A stretch of DNA of 32,000 bases from Pirellula staleyi DSM 6068. GTDB taxonomy: Bacteria > Planctomycetota > Planctomycetia > Pirellulales > Pirellulaceae. The stretch is from contig CP001848.1 in NCBI GenBank assembly GCA_000025185.1, positions 5,640,001 through 5,672,000 on the forward strand, in the 5' to 3' direction. Position 1 is the stretch's first letter; each line of letters begins with the position of its first letter. Positions 17,625-24,518 of the stretch are shown here, one piece after another. A program made the position numbers and the translations under genes. The notes below the pieces were generated by a model. That model saw nothing but the letters and a program-made list of their open reading frames with translations. It searched no databases and was not told where the DNA came from.

Positions 17625-20159
17625 ATGAACGCCACTCCAACTCCAGCAGTTGCCAAACCGAGCATTGTCGCTCGGTTGCGCTCGCTTCCTGGACTGGCAT
17701 TCTCGCTCGTAAAGAAGTTTTTGGGCTGGGTGCGCCAGAATCCCAAGCTTGGTATTCCGGTCGCTACACTCGCTGTTGCCGCGATTATCGGCATGGGTGT
17801 TTGCACGGCTTTAATCTTTTCGAAAGAAACGCCGCTTACGACCAAGCCCGATCTCGCCATGGCACTCGAGCGACTCGATGCTGGCGACGATCATCAGGCA
17901 CGTCAGATTGCCGCGCAGCTGCGCAGCGACCCCAACACGGCGTACGAGGCACTCGGCGGTCCGTTCTTTGTGCTCGGCGCGGTGATGGCCAACGACGCAC
18001 AACGTCACGTTAACGATCACGAGCAGCGGATGCTATTTCGCATTGCTGCACGCTACCTCGAAGAATCCGAGCGTTATGGCTTTCCTCCGGCACGCGAAGC
18101 GGAAGCTAAGCTGCTGATGGGCAAGTGCCTGTATCGCGCTGCGCGATACGCCCAAAGCGCTGCTGCTCTCGAAGATGCGCTCCTCTCCAACCCACTTCGC
18201 GCTGCTGAAATTCACCAGCTACTGGCCGACTGCTATCTGCGTGTGTCGCCACCAGCGCTCGACAAAGCACTCGTGCACTTGCGACAGCTGCGGCGCATCA
18301 AGGACCTTCCCGAAGAAGATCGCTCGCGAGGTTTGCTGCTGGAAGGACAAGTGCTTCTAGCACAGGACAAGCTCGAAGATGCCTTGAGCGCGATGGCCAA
18401 TATTCCCAAGGAATCGAACGTTTCGCGCGAAGCAGCGGTGACAGCAGCCCGCATCCGCCTCACGCAAGCGCAGCGCGACAAAGCCACGCCGACAGCCACC
18501 TATCAGCAGATCATCGACAACATGCGAGCGCTGCAGCAAGGGCTCCCACCGACGAGCGATGTCACCGCGCAGTCGCAGCTTATGATTGGCCTCGCTTATC
18601 GTCAGATTGGTGATACCGAAGCGGCCCTCGCGCAGCTCGCGCGAGTCCGCAAGCTCCATTACGGACGTCCCGAATCGCTCTTTGCAACCGTCAACGAAGC
18701 AGAGATTGCCGTCGAACGTCGTCAGCCTCTCGCCGCCACTACGCTTCTCGAACGAGCGATGCAAGATGCTCCACCAGCCGACGAATTTCAAAGCAGCTGG
18801 ATGTCGCTCCCTGAGTTTCAAGCTCGACTCGAAGCGATGATGAAGTCGCTCGAAGCACAAACCGAATTCTCCGCCGCAGAGTCGCTCGCCACCATCACCC
18901 TTCCTCTTTTCAAAGAAGAGCAAACCCTGTCGTGGCGCTCGCAAGTCCGTCAGAACTGGGCCAATGCCCTCGCGCAGAAAGCTGAAACACAAGACCTTGC
19001 CGACCAGGCGATCACGCTGGCTGAAGCGCGCGAGAAGCGTCGTCTTGCTGCCCAGGATCTCACCCGCCTTGCAGATTTGCGCATCACGTCGAATCAGTAT
19101 CTCGAGCATCTCGGCGCTGCCGCCGCCGCTTGTATCGCTGGCCAAGACTACAACACCGCTGCCACGCTCTATCGACGTTTTCTCAAAGAACAATCTTCCA
19201 AAGACGACGCCGCCGCTTGGAGTGGTCTAGGAGAAGCTCTCCTGGCCAGTGGCAACATTCCTGAAGCGCTCGACGCTCTGGAAAACTGCTACTTGCGTCA
19301 GCCCAAACATCCTTCGGCTTACCGCGCTCGCTTGCTGGCGGCGATGGCCCTTGAAGAGCTCGGCAAACTGGCCGAGTCCCGTCAATTGCTGGAGGAAAAC
19401 CTCTATCAGTTCTCGCTGAGTCCCGAGAGCCCGGAGTGGAAAAAGTCGCTATTTACCTTGTCTGGCGTCGTTTTTCGGCAAGCGATCGAGGCCGAAACCA
19501 ACAGCCGCACGGCGGGTGTCGATGAAACCGATCCCGAGCGAAAAAAAGCAGGTCTCGCGCTGCTCGAAGAAAGCCATACCCTGTTTCAAGATGCGATTCG
19601 AATCTTGAACGAAGCCACCCAGCGCTATCCCGATTCGGCCGAGACCCTCACCGCTCGCTACCGCATTGCCGAGTCTTATCGCCATAGCGCAAAGTGGCCC
19701 CGCAAGCGACTCGGTGTCGTCACCATCGAGACGACGCGCATCGCCCTCAATCGTCAGATTCAGCAAGAGCTCGGACTCTCGATCGAGCAGTACATTGGGA
19801 TCATCGAATCGCTGAGCAATGGCCAAGAGTCGAACCATACCGAGATCCAGCAGAAGATTTTGCGCAATGCCTATTTTGGTCGCGCCGATGCGCTGTTTGA
19901 CCTCGGCAAGTACGAGCAAGCAATCGCTGCCTACTCGGCTGCCACCAATCGCTATCAGCATGAACCTGAGTCGCTCGAAGCCTACACCCAAATCGCCGCT
20001 TGCTACCGGCTGCTGAGCCGTCCGAACGAAGCCCGCGGCACGCTTCAGCAGGCGCTCGTCGTCCTTGATCGAATGCGAACCGATGCCGATTTCACACGCA
20101 CCACACGATTCAATCGCGACGAGTGGCGTGAAGTGCTCACCTGGCTCGCCTCCCTGTAA
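17625..20159 (+). CDS. Membrane-anchored (N-in/C-out predicted) 844-aa TPR-repeat protein
   Basis: First ATG of the listed ORF (its start at 17547 is TTG). A basic N-terminus (…RLRSLPGLAFSLVKKFLGWVRQNPK) is followed by a single TM helix (LGIPVATLAVAAIIGMGVCTALIF). About 780 aa of helical TPR-like repeats follow (e.g. AYRARLLAAMALEELGKLAESRQLLEE, YFGRADALFDLGKYEQAIAAYSAA, AYTQIAACYRLLSRPNEA). Confidence 0.8.
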   Translation: MNATPTPAVAKPSIVARLRSLPGLAFSLVKKFLGWVRQNPKLGIPVATLAVAAIIGMGVCTALIFSKETPLTTKPDLAMALERLDAGDDHQARQIAAQLRSDPNTAYEALGGPFFVLGAVMANDAQRHVNDHEQRMLFRIAARYLEESERYGFPPAREAEAKLLMGKCLYRAARYAQSAAALEDALLSNPLRAAEIHQLLADCYLRVSPPALDKALVHLRQLRRIKDLPEEDRSRGLLLEGQVLLAQDKLEDALSAMANIPKESNVSREAAVTAARIRLTQAQRDKATPTATYQQIIDNMRALQQGLPPTSDVTAQSQLMIGLAYRQIGDTEAALAQLARVRKLHYGRPESLFATVNEAEIAVERRQPLAATTLLERAMQDAPPADEFQSSWMSLPEFQARLEAMMKSLEAQTEFSAAESLATITLPLFKEEQTLSWRSQVRQNWANALAQKAETQDLADQAITLAEAREKRRLAAQDLTRLADLRITSNQYLEHLGAAAAACIAGQDYNTAATLYRRFLKEQSSKDDAAAWSGLGEALLASGNIPEALDALENCYLRQPKHPSAYRARLLAAMALEELGKLAESRQLLEENLYQFSLSPESPEWKKSLFTLSGVVFRQAIEAETNSRTAGVDETDPERKKAGLALLEESHTLFQDAIRILNEATQRYPDSAETLTARYRIAESYRHSAKWPRKRLGVVTIETTRIALNRQIQQELGLSIEQYIGIIESLSNGQESNHTEIQQKILRNAYFGRADALFDLGKYEQAIAAYSAATNRYQHEPESLEAYTQIAACYRLLSRPNEARGTLQQALVVLDRMRTDADFTRTTRFNRDEWREVLTWLASL

Positions 20160-20202
20160 CTCGCTACTGCTTAACAACGCATCACGCTACAGCTCGAGAA
20201 TT

Positions 20203-20655
20203 ATGACACTTCCCACTCAACAGCTCGCTCGCCTGGTTGCTGCCAAGCTCGAAGTGCTCGAGTTATTGGTCCGTATCGCGAATACGCAATTGTCGCTGAT
20301 CACTTCGGGCGAGATGAGTACGCTGCTGACCGTGCTCACCGCCAAGCAACAGCTGATCACGCGCATGCAGTCGATCGAATCGCAGCTTGCGCCGTTTCGC
20401 GATGAAGACCCCGACGCCCGTGTGTGGGGCTCGCCCGCCGAACGCAAAAAATGTCAAGACGATGCCCGTCGCTCGGAAGCGCTGCTGGCCGAGATTCTCA
20501 CCGCTGAAAAACAGGCGGAAGTGCTGATGATTCAGCGTCGCGACCAAACCGCACTGCGTCTGGATTCGATGCATAGCGCCGGCGAAGCTGGCAATGCTTA
20601 TGCAGGTTCCCACTACGGTGCCGTCACCGGCAGTCAACTTCGCTACGAAGGTTAA
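20203..20655 (+). CDS. FlgN-like flagellar export chaperone family protein (150 aa)
   Basis: ATG at 20203 (the listed ORF start at 20065 overlaps the TPR gene). All-helical. NTQLSLITSGEMSTLLTVLTAKQQLITRMQSIESQ parallels, from memory, the Salmonella FlgN segment QQQLSVGQINGSQLQRITEEKSSLLATLDYLEQQ. Lies 43 nt after the TPR gene and 12 nt before the kinase gene. Confidence 0.55.
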   Translation: MTLPTQQLARLVAAKLEVLELLVRIANTQLSLITSGEMSTLLTVLTAKQQLITRMQSIESQLAPFRDEDPDARVWGSPAERKKCQDDARRSEALLAEILTAEKQAEVLMIQRRDQTALRLDSMHSAGEAGNAYAGSHYGAVTGSQLRYEG

Positions 20656-20667
20656 AAGAGAACCGTC

Positions 20668-21516
20668 ATGGACGACGCCACACTTACCATTGCCCCCTCG
20701 ATGATCGACGGCGACCTGCGCACGATTCTCGAGGCGTGGAACACTGCCACGATGCGACTCGAAGAGACGCATCTCGCGCTGCAGGCTGAAGTACGTCGAC
20801 TGTCAGACGAACTCGAAGCCAAGAATCGCGAACTCGCGCGCCGCAATCGACTAGCCGACCTCGGGCAAATGGCCTCGCACGTGGCCCATGAAGTCCGTAA
20901 CAGCCTCGTTCCGATGAAGCTCTACCTGACGCTGCTTCGCCGTCGCATGGGACACGATGCGGATACCGCTCAACTGCTCGAGCAGTTTGTCAGCGGCTTT
21001 TCCGCTCTCGAAACCACGGTGAACGATCTGCTTCACTTCTCGAGTGATCGCGACCCGAGCAATAAAAAGTTTGTCCTCGAACCACTGCTTCGCGAGATTA
21101 TTGCGTCGCTTGCACCTCAGCTCGACGCTCAAAAGATTCAAGCCACTGTCGACGCCGATCCCAAGCTCGTTATCTATGCCGATCGCGACATGATCCGCCG
21201 CGCGGTACTGAACCTGGTACTCAACGCCATCGATGTAATGCCCGAAGGGGGCTCGCTGATCATCACAGCAGTTGCCACGGCTCACGCAATCGACATTGAA
21301 GTCGCCGACAGTGGAAGTGGCATTGGCGAATCGACCCTCGCTCACCTGTTCGAACCTTTTTTCACGACCAAAAGCAGCGGCACAGGCCTTGGCCTCGCGA
21401 TCGTCGAACGGATCGCTGAAGCGCATGGCGGTCACATCATCGCCTGCAATTGCCCCGATGGGGGCGCCGCTTTCACCATCTCTATCCCGCGTCAGAATGA
21501 GGAACCCCGCTCATGA
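20668..21516 (+). CDS. Cytoplasmic sensor-less histidine kinase (DHp + CA only), FlgS/FleS/FlrB-type by context
   Basis: 282 aa. H-box MASHVAHEVRNSL (His at about residue 74), N-box LNLVLNAIDVM, G1 DSGSGI, F FEPFFTTK, G2 GTGLGLAIV. There is no TM helix and no PAS/GAF-sized domain; only ~60 aa of coiled coil precede the DHp domain. Confidence 0.9.
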   Translation: MDDATLTIAPSMIDGDLRTILEAWNTATMRLEETHLALQAEVRRLSDELEAKNRELARRNRLADLGQMASHVAHEVRNSLVPMKLYLTLLRRRMGHDADTAQLLEQFVSGFSALETTVNDLLHFSSDRDPSNKKFVLEPLLREIIASLAPQLDAQKIQATVDADPKLVIYADRDMIRRAVLNLVLNAIDVMPEGGSLIITAVATAHAIDIEVADSGSGIGESTLAHLFEPFFTTKSSGTGLGLAIVERIAEAHGGHIIACNCPDGGAAFTISIPRQNEEPRS

Positions 21517-22937
21517 CCATGCTCGCATCCGCCCCCACGCTCACCGGTAGAATTCTGGTTGTCGACGACAATGCCCGCGCGCGGCAAAGCATGTGCGATG
21601 TGCTGCGACATGCCGGAAACGACGTGCAAATGTGCGCCAGTGCCATCGAAGCACTGCAGAAGCTGCCGTCGCAAGAGTTCGACCTGATTCTCACCGACTT
21701 GCAAATGCCAGGCATGGATGGACTGCAGTTCATTCGCGCTTTGCAAGATCGCAAAATCGACTCGCAGGTGGTGATGGTCACCGCTTTTGCTTCGGTCTCT
21801 TCGGCTGTCGAAGCGATGCGGCATGGAGCGCTCGACTATCTCGAGAAACCGTTCGATGCCGATCAACTCGAACAGCTCGTACAGAGGGCTTTGGCCCGGG
21901 GTCGCCGTGGCGCAGCGCATTCGGCTGTCACCTCCTCGAGTCAACCTTGGCACTCGATGATGATCGGCACCAGCAGCGCGATGCAGCGTTTGCGATCGCA
22001 GATTGCCGTTGCCGCTCCCACCGGCGAAACCGTGCTCATTTCGGGCGAAAGTGGCACCGGCAAGGAACTGGTTGCCCGCTGCGTGCATGCTGCGAGTGGC
22101 CGAGCAACCAAGGCACTCGTCAGCCTCAACTGCCCTGCCCTCTCGCCGCAGTTGATGGAAAGCGAGCTCTTTGGCCATGAGCGTGGCGCTTTCACCAGCG
22201 CCGATGCGCCTCGCGTTGGACGTTTTGAACTCGCCGATGGTGGCACCATTCTGCTCGACGAAATCACCGAAATCGAACTCCCGCTGCAAGCGAAACTGCT
22301 GCGCGTGCTGCAAGAGAAGTCGTTCGAACGTGTCGGATCGAGCGAAACCCTCGAAGTCGACGTGCGGGTCATTGCCACCACCAACCGCGAAATCCGTCAG
22401 GAAGTGGTCGCAGGTCGATTCCGCCAAGATCTGTTCTATCGCCTCGCCGTCGTGCCGCTGGTAGTCCCCGCGCTGCGCGATCGTCGCGAAGATGTTCCGC
22501 TGCTGGTCGAACACTTCCTCGGTGCAGCTGCCGTTCGACTCGAGCGTTCTCCCATCACCGTCGATCGAGCCGCCAGCGATTTGCTGTGCAGCTATCACTG
22601 GCCGGGGAATGTGCGTGAACTCGAAAACCTGATGACCCGGGCCAGCATCCTGGCAACCAGCGAAAAGCTCTCCGCCGATGACCTGCGCAGCTGGCTTCTC
22701 GAACCCGAAGCGATGCATTCGGCTGGCAGCGGCAACAGCAGCGGCGAGAGCGAACTGCAAGCTGGCATGAAGCTCGAGGATATGGAGCGCCGTCTGATCG
22801 AGGCGACTCTCGATCACTACGAAGGGCATCGTGCTCGCGCCGCTCAAGCCCTCGGGATTGGCATTCGCACCCTTTCGAACAAGCTGCGGCAGTATGGCTA
22901 TGCCCCACGTGCTCGCAGCTTTGTAAGAGCCGCTTAA
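21513..22937 (+). CDS. Sigma-54-dependent response regulator (NtrC family: REC + AAA+ + Fis-type HTH), FlgR/FleR/FlrC/FlbD-type by context
   Basis: The start overlaps the kinase stop (ATGA at 21513-21516). The REC domain has VVDDN, LILTDLQMPGMDG, VMVTAF and LEKPF. The AAA+ domain has GESGTGKE (Walker A), the loop GAFTSA (22185-22202), ILLDEI (Walker B) and FRQDLFYRL. The C-terminal HTH reads RARAAQALGIGIRTLSNKLRQYG. Confidence 0.93.
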   Translation: MTMLASAPTLTGRILVVDDNARARQSMCDVLRHAGNDVQMCASAIEALQKLPSQEFDLILTDLQMPGMDGLQFIRALQDRKIDSQVVMVTAFASVSSAVEAMRHGALDYLEKPFDADQLEQLVQRALARGRRGAAHSAVTSSSQPWHSMMIGTSSAMQRLRSQIAVAAPTGETVLISGESGTGKELVARCVHAASGRATKALVSLNCPALSPQLMESELFGHERGAFTSADAPRVGRFELADGGTILLDEITEIELPLQAKLLRVLQEKSFERVGSSETLEVDVRVIATTNREIRQEVVAGRFRQDLFYRLAVVPLVVPALRDRREDVPLLVEHFLGAAAVRLERSPITVDRAASDLLCSYHWPGNVRELENLMTRASILATSEKLSADDLRSWLLEPEAMHSAGSGNSSGESELQAGMKLEDMERRLIEATLDHYEGHRARAAQALGIGIRTLSNKLRQYGYAPRARSFVRAA

Positions 22938-22959
22938 AAACCAGCGCACGTCAATTTCA

Positions 22960-22996
22960 GGCAGAAACTGCCGCATCAAACCGGCAAAACCTGCCG
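22960..22996 (+). promoter_or_regulatory. Cluster of GGCA/TGCC dyads; candidate enhancer (UAS) for the adjacent sigma-54 activator
   Basis: GGCAG-aaa-CTGCC (22960-22972) and CGGCA-aaacc-TGCCG (22982-22996), with the inner arms TGCCG/CGGCA forming a third dyad. The cluster lies ~150-185 bp upstream of the -24/-12 element. Confidence 0.35.
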
Positions 22997-23142
22997 ATTG
23001 GCTGCTTCCTCAAACTAGAGAACCTCGGTAGCTGAGCGTGAGTAAAACAGCCTTGTTAAATGGAGTAAGTTGCGAAACAAACGTGATTTACGAAGTGAAG
23101 AATCGAGCGTACTAGCAGTGATAGCATTCAAGTTTTTTTCGT

Positions 23143-23159
23143 TCGGCACAACGCTTGCT
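23143..23159 (+). promoter_or_regulatory. Sigma-54 (-24/-12) promoter upstream of flgB
   Basis: TCGGCACAACGCTTGCT has GG at 23145-23146 and GC at 23157-23158, the same spacing as the consensus TGGCAC-N5-TTGCW. It sits in the gap between a sigma-54 activator gene and flgB. Caveat: the -12 element is only ~20 nt from the ATG at 23179. Confidence 0.6.
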
Positions 23160-23178
23160 TCGATCTTGAGGTGAACTG

Positions 23179-23592
23179 ATGTTGCCAGGCTTGCTTAATT
23201 CCACGAATATCCCAGCGCTTGCCGAAGTCCTCAACTTCGCTCAAGCAAGGCATGGGGTGCTCGTGTCGAACGTCGCGAACATCAACACGCCCGGCTATCG
23301 AACGCGCGATCTTTCGGTCAGTCACTTTCAAGAGAAGTTGAAAGAGGCGATGGAGGTTTCGCAGTCGACCGGCAGCAGCATTTCGCCAGGAATTGTCTCC
23401 GCAGATCCTGGTGATCCGATGCGGAGCGTGCGTGCCTCGATGGACAACATCTTGTATCACGACGACACGAATATCGACCTCGAAAAACAGGTAGCCGAGA
23501 TCAACAAAAACCAGATGCTGCACAACATCGCTTTAACGATCATGACCGATCAGTTCGAGCTGCTGCAGCAAGCGATTAGCGAACGCGTTTAG
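23179..23592 (+). CDS. flgB: Flagellar basal-body rod protein FlgB
   Basis: 137 aa. GAGGTG lies 6 nt upstream of the ATG. Contains the conserved ...VSNVANINTPGYRTRD... and a C-terminal ...NQMLHNIALTIMTDQFELLQQAI. Confidence 0.93.
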   Translation: MLPGLLNSTNIPALAEVLNFAQARHGVLVSNVANINTPGYRTRDLSVSHFQEKLKEAMEVSQSTGSSISPGIVSADPGDPMRSVRASMDNILYHDDTNIDLEKQVAEINKNQMLHNIALTIMTDQFELLQQAISERV

Positions 23593-23650
23593 CAGCGAGT
23601 TTTCACCTTTAGTTTCACGTCACTTTGTATCGGGAAAGGACTCCTGAGCC

Positions 23651-24076
23651 ATGCATACCGCTCTCGACATTAGTACGAGCGCACTGGTTGCCCAGCGCAT
23701 CAGGCTCGACACCATCTCGAGCAATCTGGCGAACATGACTTCGCTCGAACGCGACGCCAGCGGCGAGATGAAACCGTACGAAGGGAAGTACGTACGATTC
23801 GAAGCCGATCCCGAGCTGGCCACCCGGCATGGCGCCGTGGGTGTGAAAGTCAGTTCGATCGAAACCGAAACGGTAGAGCCCCTCTATCGCTGGCAGCCCG
23901 ATCATCCGTATGCGATCAAAGAAGGCCCCCGCAAGGGCTATGTCGCGTACCCACGTATCAATCAGACCGCCGAGTTTGTCGACGCCCTCGTAGCGACCCG
24001 CGCCTACGAAGCGAATGTCGGTGTGATGGAAATCACGAAGAACATGAGTCAACAAACCTTGCGAATTCTCGGATAA
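23651..24076 (+). CDS. flgC: Flagellar basal-body rod protein FlgC
   Basis: 141 aa: MHTALDISTSALVAQRIRLDTISSNLANMTS... and a C-terminal ...VDALVATRAYEANVGVMEITKNM.... Confidence 0.93.
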   Translation: MHTALDISTSALVAQRIRLDTISSNLANMTSLERDASGEMKPYEGKYVRFEADPELATRHGAVGVKVSSIETETVEPLYRWQPDHPYAIKEGPRKGYVAYPRINQTAEFVDALVATRAYEANVGVMEITKNMSQQTLRILG

Positions 24077-24112
24077 AAGTGGCCCCCGCAGGTCAGCTAG
24101 TGAGAACGACCC

Positions 24113-24421
24113 ATGACATCGATTCAAGGTTTATCGCTACCGATTCCCCTCTCGCCCCCCTCGACCGGCGCGATTGGCGGAGCTGAACAAACCGGTGGTG
24201 CGCAGCCCTTCAAGAACGTGCTGCTGGAAGCACTCGATCAAGTGAACAACGTGCAGCACGACGCCGACCAAGCAGTGCAGCAGCTCGTCACCGGCGGTGA
24301 TGTGAACCCGGCCGAAGTGCTGACGACACTCCAAAAGGCCGACATGTCGTTTCGCATGATGATGCAGATTCGAAACAAGCTAGTGCAGGCCTATCAGGAG
24401 GTTAGCAACATTCGCATTTAA
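24113..24421 (+). CDS. fliE: Flagellar hook-basal body complex protein FliE
   Basis: 102 aa: ...FKNVLLEALDQVNNVQHDADQAVQQLVTGGDVNPAEVLTTLQKADMSFRMMMQIRNKLVQAYQEV.... Confidence 0.9.
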   Translation: MTSIQGLSLPIPLSPPSTGAIGGAEQTGGAQPFKNVLLEALDQVNNVQHDADQAVQQLVTGGDVNPAEVLTTLQKADMSFRMMMQIRNKLVQAYQEVSNIRI

Positions 24422-24518
24422 GGATGCGAACGTCGCAGAGATCGTCTTCTACCGCATGACGCGATGGACGAGGCGACTCTTCCCTAGTGGCCAGTGATCG
24501 ATTGCAAGGATGCACGGG

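Noticed and set aside
22960-22972. GGCAG-aaa-CTGCC read as the terminator of the regulator operon
   Set aside because: The stem is only 5 bp with a 3-nt loop and no U-tract. It is part of a cluster of related dyads, which fits protein-binding sites better.
21492-22979. 495-aa minus-strand ORF spanning the whole response-regulator gene
   Set aside because: It is the antisense shadow of a + strand gene with unmistakable REC, AAA+ and HTH motifs. Its product is Arg/Gly/Ala/His-rich with no recognisable motifs, as is typical of GC-rich antisense frames.
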